Below, piece after piece: positions 23,963 to 40,271 of a stretch of DNA of 64,000 bases (position 1 is its first letter; each line of letters begins with the position of its first letter). Both the position numbers and the translations under genes were made by a program. Source of the stretch: Macrostomum lignano (taxonomy: Eukaryota); assembly GCA_002269645.1 (NCBI GenBank), contig NIVC01002993.1, forward strand, positions 62,001 to 126,000, written 5' to 3'. A model generated the notes under the pieces. The model was not told the DNA's origin. It was given only the letters and a program-made list of their open reading frames with translations, and searched no databases.

Positions 23963-25945
23963 CGGGAAAGGACTTGCATTAGGGCATTAAGATACGGGAA
24001 AGGACTTGCATTAGGGCATTAAGATACGGGAAAGGACTTGCATTAGGGCATTAAGATACGGGAAAGGACTTGCATTAGGGCATTAAGATACGGTAAAGGA
24101 CTTGCATTAGGGCATTAAGATACGGGAAAGGACTTGCATTAGGGCATTAAGATACGGGAAAGGACTTGCATTAGGGCATTAAGATACGGGAAAGGACTTG
24201 CATTAGGGCATTAAGATACGGGAAAGGACTTGCATTAGGGCATTAAGATACGGTAAAGGACTTGCATTAGGGCATTAAGATACGGGAAAGGACTTGCATT
24301 AGGGCATTAAGATACGGGAAAGGACTTGCATTAGGGCATTAAGATACGGTAAAGGACTTGCATTAGGGCATTAAGATACGGTAAAGGACTTGCATTAGGG
24401 CATTAAGATACGGGAAAGGACTTGCATTAGGGCATTAAGATACGGTAAAGGACTTGCATTAGGGCATTAAGATACGGTAAAGGACTTGAATTAGGGCATT
24501 AAGATACGGGAAAGGACTTGCATTAGGGCATTAAGATACGGGAAAGGACTTGCATTAGGGCATTAAGATACGGGAAAGGACTTGCATTAGGGCATTAAGA
24601 TACGGGAAAGGACTTGCATTAGGGCATTAAGATACGGGAAAGGACTTGCATTAGGGCATTAAGATACGGGAAAGGACTTGCATTAGGGCATTAAGATACG
24701 GTAAAGGACTTGCATTAGGGCATTAAGATACGGGAAAGGACTTGCATTAGGGCATTAAGATACGGGAAAGGACTTGCATTAGGGCATTAAGATACGGGAA
24801 AGGACTTGCATTAGGGCATTAAGATACGGGAAAGGACTTGCATTAGGGCATTAAGATACGGGAAAGGACTTGCATTAGGGCATTAAGATACGGGAAAGGA
24901 CTTGCATTAGGGCATTAAGATACGGGAAAGGACTTGCATTAGGGCATTAAGATACGGTAAAGGACTTGCATTAGGGCATTAAGATACGGGAAAGGACTTG
25001 CATTAGGGCATTAAGATACGGGAAAGGACTTGCATTAGGGCATTAAGATACGGGAAAGGACTTGCATTAGGGCATTAAGATATGTAAAAGGAATCGCATT
25101 AGGGCATTAGGGAACGGGAAAGAACTCGGATTAAGGAACGGGAAAGGACTCGCATTAGGGCATTAATTAGGATATGGGAAAGGACTCGGATTAGGGCATT
25201 AGGATTACGGGAGGGGACTCGGATTAGGGTATTAGGATACGGGAAAGGACTCGTATTAGGGAACGGGAAAGGAATCGCATTAGGGAATTAAGGAACGGGA
25301 AAGGACTCGCATTAGGGAATTAAGGAACGGGAAAGGACATTAGGATTGCGGAAAAGAACTCGGATTAGGGCATTAGGGAACGTGAAAGGACTCAGATTAG
25401 GGCATTAGGGAATAGAAAAGGACTCGGATTAGGGAACGGGAAAGGACTCGAATTAGGGAATTAAGGATCACGGGAAAGGACATTAGGATTGCGGAAAAGA
25501 ACTCTGATTAGGGCATTAGGGAACGTGAACGGACTCAGATTAGGGCATTAGGGAATAGAAAAGGACTCAGATTAGGGCATTAGGGAATGGAAAAGGACTC
25601 GGATTAGGGCATTAGGGAACGTGAAAGGACTCAGATTAGGGCATTAGGGAATGGAAAAGGACTCGGATTAGGGCATTAGGGTACGGGAAAGGACTCAGAT
25701 TAGGGCATTAGGGAATGGAAAAGGACTCAGATTAGGGCATTAGGGAATAGAAAAGGACTCGGATTAGGGCATTAGGGAACGTGAAAGGACTCAGATTAGG
25801 GCATTAGGGAATGGAAAAGGACTCGGATTAGGGCATTAGGGTACGGGAAAGGACTCAGATTAGGGCATTAGGGAATGGAAAAGGACTCAGATTAGGGCAT
25901 TAGGGAATAGAAAAGGACTCGGATTAGGGTACGGGAAAGGACTCA
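23963..25945. repeat. 32-bp minisatellite (cgggaaaggacttgcattagggcattaagata), degenerating after ~25080
   Basis: Period 32 (23963, 23995); fills the whole intron; contains TTAGGG. Confidence 0.95.
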
Positions 25946-25973
25946 TAACCGACCTTAAATGACTTGCACACAC

Positions 25974-26363
25974 CTGACAACCATCTCGTAGAGACGCCAG
26001 GCGTCCCCGCTCAGCTCGTTCTGGCCAACAGCCCTAGTCGGCGTTATTGGCGGATGATCGCCGACGTCGGCGCCTTTGCGCGGCTTAGTGAGGCCGGCGC
26101 TGATCGCCGCCTGGGCCAATTCGCGCCAATCTGGACAGTCGCGCAGCTGATTAACTGGGCCGCGCAAATCGAACGAGTCCGGATAGCTGGTTGTCTCCGT
26201 GCGCGGATAGCTGATGTAGCCCTGTGTGTACAGCCGCTCCGCTACAGCCATGGTCTGCTGCGGGCCCATGCCCAGGCCCGAGCTGGCCGTACGAAGCATC
26301 TCCACTGTATTGAGAGCCTGGGGTCTCGGCTTCGATTTCTCCTGCTTGCGGACGTCCGTGACG
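25974..26363 (-). CDS. TOP3B: TOP3B exon 5 (contains the catalytic Tyr)
   Basis: RPQALNTVEMLRTAS...AERLYTQGYISYPRTET...DHPPITP; acceptor tggcag|C, donor AG|gtgtgt. Confidence 0.96.
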
Positions 26364-26499
26364 CTGCCAGAATGGGGGACGAAAAATACCGTTCACATTC
26401 CGAATTGAAAACCTAGTCCGAACAAAGACCACAATAGTAACCAAAGGTCAAGGATCAAGACCATGATAGGGACCAGAGCAAAGACAAAGAACTGGATTT

Positions 26500-26980
26500 A
26501 AGATTACTCTCGTAGGATCAGAACAGAGACTACTCTTGTAGGAACAGAACAGAGACTACTCTATTAGGATCAGAACAGAGACTACTCTTGTAGGAACAGA
26601 ACAAAGACTTACTCTCGTAGGATCAAAAAGACTACTCTCTTAGAATTAGAACAAAGAATTACTCTCGTAGGATCAGAACAGAGACTACTCTTGTTGGAAC
26701 AGAACAGAGACTACTCTATTAGGATCAGAACAGAGACTACTCTTGTAGGAACAGAACAAAGACTTACTCTCGTAGGATCAAAAAGACTACTCTCTTAGAA
26801 TTAGAACAAAGAATTACTCTCGTAGGATCAGAACAAAGACTACTCTCGTAGGATCAGAACAAAGACTACTCTCGTAGGATCAGAACAAAGACTACTCTCG
26901 TAGGATTATAACATACTACTATCGTAGAATCTTAACAAAGACTACTCTTGTCGGATGTAGGATCAGAACAAAGACTAGAA
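26500..26980. repeat. Degenerate ~26-27-bp repeat (gatcagaacagagactactctcgtag)
   Basis: Direct inspection. Confidence 0.8.
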
Positions 26981-27663
26981 TCGGGACAAGGAACTTAAAT
27001 AAGAAACATGATTTGTTTAGAATCGGTATGAGAAGCCGAAGCCCGGGATTACGACAAATACCAAAATTGGGAATAAGATAAGATCGGAACAAAGACAAGC
27101 ATTCGGACTAAGACTAGGCAAGGAAAGAGACATGATCAAGATCAGGACCTAGGCTAGGCTAAAGAAGACCTAAGATCGGGGTAGCAGGGACACCTGATAA
27201 AATTATATATTGAATTCAATGGAAAAAATATTTGCGATTTATATAAGCATGAATGTTTACCAATTAAAAAATTCTCAACGTACTACTTGTCTCTATAAAA
27301 TAATAGAATGCCTAGACAACCTGGGATATATCAAGCTTATTTATGGAATCAATAAATCAATCAGTCAGCAAACCAACTAGTATCGCATGCCTGAAAGCTT
27401 TTAAAAATGTAAGACTACAAACTATACTAAATATTATAAGTACTAATGTGCTATAGCCGGCATATAAATGGCTAATGGGTTTGACCTAAGAAGCAGAAGA
27501 CAGACACAGAGAGAAGGCTGATAAAACCTAGTGAAATCCATCAGTGAGGGATAACATGAAAGTGCTTTCGCTTTAACCAAACAAACACGCACAATAGTTT
27601 GGATAAATATGTAACCGAATTCTGATTTTATCCGGATAAAAAATTAACGTCTGAAAGTTTGTA

Positions 27664-27840
27664 CACAAGCGGTCACTGGCACAAGCGGTCACTGGCACAA
27701 GCGGTCACTGGCACAAGCGGTCACTGGCACAAGCGGTCACTGGCACAAGCGGTCACTGGCACAAGTGCCCACTGACACAAGTGCCCACTGACACAAGTGC
27801 CCACTGACACAAGTGCTCACTGACACAAGGGCTCACTGGC
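27664..27840. repeat. 16-bp repeat (acaagcggtcactggc)
   Basis: About 11 copies, diverging toward the right. Confidence 0.9.
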
Positions 27841-29136
27841 ATAACAGCGCAAACACAAATATATTTGCACTACAGGTGCTCAATGATGAAGGCACCGTTT
27901 TTTTTATAATTGCTCTAATTTCTATTTGTACTCGAGCACAGTAAATCAAATTGGTATTGCATGCAGTGTTTGTAAACGTCTGATCTGATCTACTTTACAT
28001 CTAGCTATTGTAGTAATCTAGTCATTAATCTGATCACACAATAACTTTACTGCATGCGTAATGCATACAAAAAGTTATGTGTTTTATGTACTCGTGTTTT
28101 GGAACTGTACTGAAAGGCGCGAATCAAGATATTTAAATATCTTCGTATCCGATTTCCTTATAAGATTTCCCCGCAAATCTAAAAGTGCTTGGATGCGAAT
28201 CATTGGTCCTGGCGGTGGCGGTCTAATTCTAAACAATTCCGCGAATCCCCTGTCTAACCTAACCTACTGATATTGACCGAAGCTGAAACTACTAAAAGTA
28301 GCGTAAAAGCAAATTTGTTAAATTCACTCTGGAAAAAGGAAAATCCGCATAATAAACTTGTTTACGCTACATATCGGCACTGGATTTTGGTTACAAGGTA
28401 AACATAGGAAATTGCTTTGAAAGGGCTTCGGAAACTGGAATTTTGTTTAGAGCAATAGGAGGCAATCAGAAACAGCAGATTAGCTTTAAAAAATCTGTAA
28501 AAACCCTAATCGTGCAATTACGGAAATGGAAAATGACATTAACTGGCCAAATCGGACAGTCCGATGGGCAATTGAAAAAGAAGAGCCCTCGGACACAAAA
28601 AGGTGGGCGCAATTTAGTCAGGGAATAGTCGGGAGCCACGCACCAGAGCAATTAGCGACGCTGCAAAAAAGCGAAGCTAAAGAAGAAAATCGACTAAAAA
28701 AGAAGCTTTGCTCCCACAAAGGCCCTCGATTCTTTAGTAACTGCTTTCCTTCGCCGATGAAAGAAGACGAAGAGTACAGGAAAACAGAAACAACCTGGCA
28801 TTCTCGAGCCGTGTTTTGCAACACAAGTCCCACAAAGTCAAAGAAACAGCAAGCGGTTTTGACCAGCGATTTCAAATTTTTTTTGGCTTTTTTCTCTCCA
28901 AAAATTCACATGCGAGAAGGAAAAAAGTGCACAGTAAAATGACTCAAATCTAGACGAACTTTACATGAGTAGAGTGTATTCTCGTGACCAACAAGACCGC
29001 TGATAATTGCTTGGCGACCACCCAGACACAAACTGGGACACATCTGGAGATCTGTAGGCAATTAAGGCGCTTTTGATATTCTTCTTGACTTACTCGTAAT
29101 GTGCAAACTCTAAACTCAGTGAGACTGTTTAACATA

Positions 29137-32100
29137 AACTGTAGCGCCTACCGACACCAACTGCAGCGCCTACCGACACCAACTGCAGCGCCTACCGACA
29201 CCAATTGCAGCACCTACCGACACCAACTGTAGCGCTTACTGACAACAACTGCAGCGCCTACCGACACCAACTGCAGCGCCTACCGACACCAACTGCAGCG
29301 CCTACCGACACCAATTGCAGCACCTACCGACACCAACTGCAGCGCCTACCGACACCAACTGCAGCGCTTACTGACACCAACTGCAGCGCCTACCAACACC
29401 AACTGCAGCGCCTACCGACACCAACTGCAGCGCCTACCGACACCAACTGCAGCGCCTACCGACACCAACTGCAGCGCTTACTGACACCAACTGCAGCGCC
29501 TACCAACACCAACTGCAGCGCCTACCGACACCAACTGCAGCGCCTACCGACACCAACTGTAGCGCCTACCGACACCAACTGTAGCGCCTACCGACACCAA
29601 CTGCAGCGCCTACCGACACCAACTGCAGCGCCTACTGACACCAACTGCAGCGCCTACCGACACCAACTGCAGCGCCTACCGACACCAACTGCAGCGCCTA
29701 CCGACACCAACTGTAGCGCCTACCGACACCAACTGCAGCGCCTACCGACACCAACTGCAGCACCTACCGACACCAACTGCAGCGCCTACCGACACCAACT
29801 GCAGCGCTTACTGACACCAACTGCAGCGCCTACCAACACCAACTGCAGCGCCTACCGACACCAACTGCAGCGCCTACCGACACCAACTGCAGCGCCTACC
29901 GACACCAACTGCAGCGCCTACCGACACCAACTGCAGCGCCTACCGACACCAACTGCAGCGCCTACCGACACCAACTGCAGCGCCTACCGACACCAACTGC
30001 AGCGCCTACCGACACCAACTGCAGCGCCTACCGACACCAACTGTAGCGCCTACCGACACCAACTGCAGCGCCTACCGACACCAACTGCAGCGCCTACCGA
30101 CACCAACTGCAGCGCCTACCGACACCAACTGCAGCGCCTACCGACACCAACTGCAGCGCCTACCGACACCAACTGCAGCGCCTACCGACACCAACTGCAG
30201 CGCCTACCGACACCAACTGCAGCGCCTACCGACACCAACTGCAGCACCTACCGACACCAACTGCAGCGCCTACCGACACCAACTGTAGCGCCTACCGACA
30301 CCAACTGCAGCGCCTACCGACACCAACTGCAGCGCCTACCGACACCAACTGCAGCGCCTACTGACACCAACTGCAGCGCCTACCGACACCAACTGCAGCG
30401 CCTACCGACACCAACTGCAGCGCCTACCGACACCAACTGTAGCGCCTACCGACACCAACTGCAGCGCCTACCGACACCAACTGCAGCGCCTACCGACACC
30501 AACTGCAGCGCCTACCGACACCAACTGCAGCGCCAACCGACACCAACTGCAGCGCCTACCGACACCAATTGCAGCACCTACCGACACCAACTGCAGCGCC
30601 TACCGACACCAACTGCAGCGCTTACTGACACCAACTGCAGCGCCTACCAACACCAACTGCAGCGCCTACCGACACCAACTGCAGCGCCTACCGACACCAA
30701 CTGCAGCGCCTACCGACACCAACTGCAGCGCCTACCGACACCAACTGCAGCGCCTACTGACACCAACTGCAGCGCCTACCGACACCAACTGCAGCGCCTA
30801 CCGACACCAACTGCAGCGCCTACCGACACCAACTGTAGCGCCTACCGACACCAACTGCAGCGCCTACCGACACCAACTGCAGCACCTACCGACACCAACT
30901 GCAGCGCCTACCGACACCAACTGCAGCGCTTACTGACACCAACTGCAGCGCCTACCAACACCAACTGCAGCGCCTACCGACACCAACTGCAGCGCTTACT
31001 GACACCAACTGCAGCGCCTACCGACACCAACTGCAGCGCCTACCGACACCAACTGCAGCGCCTACCGACACCAACTGCAGCGCCTACCGACACCAACTGC
31101 AGCGCCTACCGACACCAACTGCAGCACCTACCGACACCAACTGCAGCGCCTACCGACACCAACTGCAGCGCTTACTGACACCAACTGCAGCGCCTACCAA
31201 CACCAACTGCAGCGCCTACCGACACCAACTGCAGCGCCTACCGACACCAACTGCAGCGCCTACCGACACCAACTGCAGCGCCTACCGACACCAACTGCAG
31301 CGCCTACCGACACCAACTGCAGCGCCTACCGACACCAACTGCAGCGCCTACCGACACCAACTGCAGCGCCTACCGACACCAACTGTAGCGCCTACCGACA
31401 CCAACTGCAGCGCCTACCGACACCAACTGCAGCGCCTACCGACACCAACTGCAGCGCCTACCGACACCAACTGCAGCGCCTACCGACACCAACTGCAGCG
31501 CCTACCGACACCAACTGCAGCGCCTACCGACACCAACTGCAGCGCCTACCGACACCAACTGCAGCGCCTACCGACACCAACTGCAGCGCCAACCGACACC
31601 AACTGCAGCGCCTACCGACACCAATTGCAGCACCTACCGACACCAACTGCAGCGCCTACCGACACCAACTGCAGCGCTTACTGACACCAACTGCAGCGCC
31701 TACCAACACCAACTGCAGCGCCTACCGACACCAACTGCAGCGCCTACCGACACCAACTGCAGCGCCTACCGACACCAACTGCAGCGCCTACCGACACCAA
31801 CTGCAGCGCCTACCGACACCAACTGCAGCGCCTACCGACACCAACTGCAGCGCCTACCGACACCAACTGCAGCGCCTACCGACACCAACTGTAGCGCCTA
31901 CCGACACCAACTGCAGCGCCTACCGACACCAACTGCAGCGCCTACCGACACCAACTGCAGCGCCTACTGACACCAACTGCAGCGCCTACCGACACCAACT
32001 GCAGCGCCTACCGACACCAACTGCAGCGCCTACCGACACCAACTGTAGCGCCTACCGACACCAACTGCAGCGCCTACCGACACCAACTGCAGCGCCTACC

Positions 32101-33470
32101 GACACCAACTGCAGCGCCTACCGACACCAACTGCAGCGCCAACCGACACCAACTGCAGCGCCTACCGACACCAATTGCAGCACCTACCGACACCAACTGC
32201 AGCGCCTACCGACACCAACTGCAGCGCTTACTGACACCAACTGCAGCGCCTACCGACACCAACTGCAGCGCCTACCGACACCAACTGCAGCGCCTACCGA
32301 CACCAACTGCAGCGCCTACCGACACCAACTGCAGCGCCTACCGACACCAACTGCAGCGCCTACTGACACCAACTGCAGCGCCTACCGACACCAACTGCAG
32401 CGCCTACCGACACCAACTGCAGCGCCTACCGACACCAACTGTAGCGCCTACCGACACCAACTGCAGCGCCTACCGACACCAACTGCAGCACCTACCGACA
32501 CCAACTGCAGCGCCTACCGACACCAACTGCAGCGCTTACTGACACCAACTGCAGCGCCTACCAACACCAACTGCAGCGCCTACCGACACCAACTGCAGCG
32601 CTTACTGACACCAACTGCAGCGCCTACCGACACCAACTGCAGCGCCTACCGACACCAACTGCAGCGCCTACCGACACCAACTGCAGCGCCTACCGACACC
32701 AACTGCAGCGCCTACTGACACCAACTGCAGCGCCTACCGACACCAACTGCAGCGCCTACCGACACCAACTGCAGCGCCTACCGACACCAACTGTAGCGCC
32801 TACCGACACCAACTGCAGCGCCTACCGACACCAATTGCAGCACCTACCGACACCAACTGCAGCGCCTACCGACACCAACTGCAGCGCTTACTGACACCAA
32901 CTGCAGCGCCTACCAACACCAACTGCAGCGCCTACCGACACCAACTGCAGCGCCTACCGACACCAACTGCAGCGCCTACCGACACCAACTGCAGCGCTTA
33001 CTGACACCAACTGCAGCGCCTACCAACACCAACTGCAGCGCCTACCGACACCAACTGCAGCGCCTACCGACACCAACTGCAGCGCCTACCGACACCAACT
33101 GCAGCGCTTACTGACACCAACTGCAGCGCCTACCAACACCAACTGCAGCGCCTACCGACACCAACTGCAGCGCCTACCGACACCAACTGCAGCGCCTACC
33201 GACACCAACTGCAGCGCCTACCGACACCAACTGCAGCGCCTACCGACACCAACTGCAGCGCCTACTGACACCAACTGCAGCGCCTACCGACACCAACTGC
33301 AGCGCCTACTGACACCAGCTGCAGCGCCTACCGACACCAACTGCAGCGCCTACTGACACCAACTGTAGCGCCTACTGACACAATTTTGAGCGCCTACTGA
33401 CGCATACTTTTTAGCGCCTACTGACACATAATTTTCAGCGCCTACTGACAAAATTTCAGCGCCTCCTGAC
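29137..33470. repeat. 22-bp minisatellite (caactgcagcgcctaccgacac), ~4.3 kb
   Basis: Period 22 (29161, 29183); source of the 657-aa repeat ORF. Confidence 0.97.
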
Positions 33471-33774
33471 GCACATTTTGGCACCAAAAACATCAAGTCT
33501 GCAGGGCACTGTAAACAGTTTATTTTAGCTTCCATTGCGACTCGGCTCCTCAACTGAGCAGGCACGCAATCGGTTAGCTCCCATGGGTAATGGAATGAAG
33601 GAAAAAAATTAACAAAAAAGCCGGAGGGCCTGCTTAGAGTTATAAATAGATTCACGATAAAAAAGCACAACAGATAGAAAAACAAGTGGAATTGAAAAGT
33701 ACGCCCACGTAAATACGGCAACCAGCAGTGCGCGTCCACCCCCACCATTTGCTTTTGTTTTTTAAGGAAATAAA

Positions 33775-34798
<1,024 letters not shown>

Positions 34799-34821
34799 TT
34801 GTGTTGTGTTGTGTTGTGTAG

Positions 34822-37800
34822 TGTTGTGTTCTAGTTGATTGATTAAACTCAATTCAGTTGGAGACACTTGAGTCTCGCTCAATATATTTATACTCATGTG
34901 CACGTTGAAAACAGTGTTACGCAATCGAAACAACGATACCATGATTGAACGCACGATGCATATAAGGTAATTGAACAATTCTAGCCTCAAAGTTAGTTAG
35001 TTACAACACCTAGGCCCGATGCACAGTCACTACATTCTCCCCCCTTCCGGAAGAGGATAACGCGCCGGTTGCCGTCGAGCTCGAGTTGACCTTCGAAGTT
35101 CAGGTGGAGGTGGCGGCTCGCCCGTCCGTGGGGGCGGAGCCGGCGGCAGCGGCAAATCGAACCAGTCGTCCTCTTGGTCGGCCGCGCCGTTGTCAGCCGT
35201 CAGCGTTGTCTTCGAGTCGACGACTGCGTAGACGTAGCCCTCCTCGTCGGTCTCCTCGGCTGGAACGCGCTCCGTCGTGGCCCATCTGGACAGCATGTCC
35301 GCGCACTTGTTGTCAGCGCCAGGGATGTGCTCAAACCGAACGTCGTAGCCGCGAAGTCTCTCGACCCATCGATGAATGCGAAGAGGCCTGTGCCCCATGC
35401 CTTTCGAGTCGAGCAGAGTTGTCAGGGCCTTGTGGTCGGTGCGCAGCGTTACTCGTCTGCCGTATAGATAGTAGTGCCAGCGTTCGATGCTCCATACACA
35501 GGCCAGGGCTTCTCGCTCTCCGGCTGAGTATCGCTTTTCCGCTGGGCTGAGTGCTCTCGATGCGAACGCGATTGGCACCTCTTTTTCGTTTTGTACTTGG
35601 CTGAGCACTGCCCCCAGTCCGTCTAGACTTGCATCGCAGGTGACGTACGTCTCAGCTTGGCAGTCAAAATGAGCTAACACTGGGCTGCTGGTTACGGCTG
35701 ACTTGAGTGTACGGAAGGCTGTACGTTCCCGCTCACCCCAGTGCCAGTCCGCGTCCTTTTTGAGCAGTTGTCTCAGAGGCTCGGCAATTGCTGAGTAATG
35801 CGGTATGAACTTGTGCAAAAAGTTCACTGCTCCGAGAAACGATTGAATTTGCGCGACCGTTGATGGCTCAGGAATTCTTAGAATTGCGTCGACGTTGCAC
35901 TTGGTCGGTTTGATGCCGTCTGCAGAGATGACCAATCCGAAGAAATCCACGCTCGCCTGCCGGAATTTGCACTTCTCTCGATTGAGTGTGAAGCCTTCGC
36001 GATGAATCCGCCCTAGGACTTCTCGGAGGTTCTTGTCGTGCTCAGTCTCGTCCTTGCCGTGCACCAGGATGTCGTCCACGATGTTGATGGCGCCAGGAGC
36101 TCCTCGAAGCACCGTCTGCAGGGCTCGCTGGAAGGCAGCTCCGGAGCTAGATAGCCCGAATGGCACCACGGTGAACTGGTACAGGCCGGCATCGGTGATG
36201 AAGCACGTCAGTCCTCGAGAGTCTGGATGCAGCGGAATCTGCTGGTAGCCTTGACGCAGGTCCAGCTTGCTGAAGCACTTCGAGCCGTTGATGCTGGCCG
36301 ATAGGTCCTCGATTGACGGTACCGGATAGCGGTCCGCGATCACCGCCTTGTTGACCTGCCGCAGATCCACGCAGAGACGAACCTTGTTGGACTCCTTCTT
36401 GCGCGTCACGACAACGTTGCTAACCCACTCGGACGCGTCGACCTTCTCAATGATGCCCTGTTGCTCCATCCGGCTGATCTCTGACGTCACTTCGTCCTTC
36501 AGGCCGATCGGCAGCTTCCGCATTGGCTGAGACACTGGCTTGACCGAGGCGTCGATCTTTGTCCGGTGAATGAAGCTCTTGGACCGGCCCAGACCGTCGA
36601 AGATTCCGGGGAAGTCGCGCTCGATCGTAGTCTCGCTGATGCTCATCACTCTGTTGTCACCTTGGAAGATTTTGAATCCGAGGGCCTGAAACAGGTCGCG
36701 GCCCAGGATGTTCGCTCCTTTGTCGGCGACGTAGAATGTGGCTTCTGTCCTGATGCCGTTGAACGTCACTGGAAGCTCGACCTTGCCGATGGTCTTGATC
36801 GCAGATCCGCCGTATGCCTCCAGTTTTGTGCTCGTCGGAAGCAGCGGGTGCCTAGCGAAGGACTTCTTGAACGTCTCCATGTTGAGCAACGAAACGGCGG
36901 CACCGCAGTCGATTTGCAGTCGAATCAGCTGTCCGCCCAGACGGCATTCGCAGAATAAGCTGTCTGTGCTCTTGTTGTTCACGGCCAGGACCGTCAGACT
37001 GGACTCTGCAGGCTCTTTGGTGTCGATCGCAGAGACCGCTTTCATGCGGCACATTTTCGCGAAATGGTTCGTCTTGCCGCATCGTCTGCATTTCTGGCCC
37101 ATCGCCTTGCATTCGCCCTTGTGTCCGTGGTTGCCTCCGCATCGAGTGCACTTTGGACCTGCTGCTGCGGTCTTCTCATGGCGAGCAGCTGGCTTCGGCT
37201 TCTTGCTCAGCGCCTTCACGTGGAGCTCTGGGCCGCTGACCTGCTTGGCATCTTTGATGGCTGCTTCGATTCGCTCAGCCTTCTTGATGGCGTCATCTAG
37301 CGTCAGATCGTCCTCCTCCATCAGGAGTCTTTCCCTAATGCGAGGTACGCAGGTTTTCTCCACAAGTTGGTCTCGAATCATTTCGTCGTGAAAGGTGTCA
37401 AATTTGCAGTTTGTTGCCAGTTCTCTCAGGGCCATCACGTAGTCTCCGATGCTCTCGCCGTCGTGCTGGGCTCGCTGCCGAAAGGCGAAGCGCTCTGCTA
37501 TGACGCTTCTCGACGAGCTGAAAATCGCCTTCAGTGCCTTTTTGGTCTCCTGAAGCGACTTGCTTGCATCGACGTTTGCAGCTCGGCGGCGTCCTTCCTC
37601 ACCAAGCAGATGCAGGAGGATCGCCTTTTTCCGACTCTCTGATGCCTCTTCGAGAGCTCCAGCTACCAGGAAGTTCTCAAATGACTTGATCCACCTTGCC
37701 CATGGCACAGGAGGTTCGCCTGGTACTGGTTGAAACTCCGCTGGGTACGGGAGTCCGCTCGTCGCCATTTGTTGTGTTCTAGTTGATTGATTAAACTCAA

Positions 37801-37982
37801 TTCAGTTGGAGACACTTGAGTCTCGCTCAATATATTTATACTCATGTGCACGTTGAAAACAGTGTTACGCAATCGAAACAACGATACCATGATTGAACGC
37901 ACGATGCATATAAGGTAATTGAACAATTCTAGCCTCAAAGTTAGTTAGTTACAACACCTAGGCCCGATGCACAGTCACTACA
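34822..37982 (-). mobile_element. Ty3/Gypsy LTR retrotransposon with 213-bp LTRs, integrase deleted
   Basis: LTRs 34822-35034 and 37770-37982, TG...CA, identical by eye. PBS TGGCGACGAG (37758-37767) matches the tRNA-Ser(GCT) 3' end from memory. PPT ggaaggggggagaa at 35035-35048. No short TSD. Confidence 0.95.
35030..37768 (-). CDS. Gag-protease-RT-RNase H polyprotein, 912 aa, lacking the integrase core
   Basis: Gag with CCHC knuckle (CRRCGKTNHFAKMC), protease IDCGA, RT (LCVDLR, KLDLRQGY, VPFGL, IVDD), RNase H (CDAS, EREALA, TDHKAL), then directly a Pro-rich RRSTR tail. Confidence 0.93.
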   Translation of the reverse strand: MATSGLPYPAEFQPVPGEPPVPWARWIKSFENFLVAGALEEASESRKKAILLHLLGEEGRRRAANVDASKSLQETKKALKAIFSSSRSVIAERFAFRQRAQHDGESIGDYVMALRELATNCKFDTFHDEMIRDQLVEKTCVPRIRERLLMEEDDLTLDDAIKKAERIEAAIKDAKQVSGPELHVKALSKKPKPAARHEKTAAAGPKCTRCGGNHGHKGECKAMGQKCRRCGKTNHFAKMCRMKAVSAIDTKEPAESSLTVLAVNNKSTDSLFCECRLGGQLIRLQIDCGAAVSLLNMETFKKSFARHPLLPTSTKLEAYGGSAIKTIGKVELPVTFNGIRTEATFYVADKGANILGRDLFQALGFKIFQGDNRVMSISETTIERDFPGIFDGLGRSKSFIHRTKIDASVKPVSQPMRKLPIGLKDEVTSEISRMEQQGIIEKVDASEWVSNVVVTRKKESNKVRLCVDLRQVNKAVIADRYPVPSIEDLSASINGSKCFSKLDLRQGYQQIPLHPDSRGLTCFITDAGLYQFTVVPFGLSSSGAAFQRALQTVLRGAPGAINIVDDILVHGKDETEHDKNLREVLGRIHREGFTLNREKCKFRQASVDFFGLVISADGIKPTKCNVDAILRIPEPSTVAQIQSFLGAVNFLHKFIPHYSAIAEPLRQLLKKDADWHWGERERTAFRTLKSAVTSSPVLAHFDCQAETYVTCDASLDGLGAVLSQVQNEKEVPIAFASRALSPAEKRYSAGEREALACVWSIERWHYYLYGRRVTLRTDHKALTTLLDSKGMGHRPLRIHRWVERLRGYDVRFEHIPGADNKCADMLSRWATTERVPAEETDEEGYVYAVVDSKTTLTADNGAADQEDDWFDLPLPPAPPPRTGEPPPPPELRRSTRARRQPARYPLPEGGRM

Positions 37983-39130
<1,148 letters not shown>

Positions 39131-39653
39131 ATATGTAAAAAAAGTCTACGATTTTAACATTTGCTACTGGGTTGACCTCCGATATGTATTGTAAACCAAC
39201 TTCATGCATCACAGTATGAAGATCGGAAAAAGTGGCAAGATTGCGACTCGAACTACTCGTACGGTGGCATTAAGACACATTAGCACCTTTGACACACGAT
39301 TTAGATAGACAAAGAAACGGAAAATGAATCTGAGCAGAGACAACAGGAATTGAAGACAAGTCCGGAACGAAGACCCATATATTTAGAGTCAGATATGATC
39401 TCTAAAGACGAGGGTTCACAAAGCAAGGTCGCAGGCGGGGAGAGGCAATGATAAACAATAGGCAGCTGATGAGAGAAAACGAACTATTAATTTCAGGATT
39501 CCTTATGCGTCAGTTTCCTAGACTTGGTCTAAAAGTATCACTAATGACATAGAAAGGCATCACGCCCGCGGCAGTGTAGTGGACGACAATGAGTATCAGC
39601 TCCTACGAGAAAGCTGCAGATAAATAGATATATAAAATAATATAAAGAAAAAT

Positions 39654-40262
<609 letters not shown>

Positions 40263-40271
40263 TCAACTTAC

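Noticed and set aside
27900-28950. Possible decayed transposon fragment (138-aa ORF 28526..28942, aacctaacct motif)
   Set aside because: No recognisable catalytic motif, terminal repeats or TSD by eye; a RepeatMasker or tBLASTx search would be needed.
29205-31178. 657-aa mucin-like ORF
   Set aside because: It is a three-frame cycling translation of a 22-bp unit (not a multiple of 3) inside a TOP3B intron.
35086-37642. Plus-strand ORFs overlapping the Gypsy polyprotein
   Set aside because: Antisense shadows of a GC-rich coding sequence.
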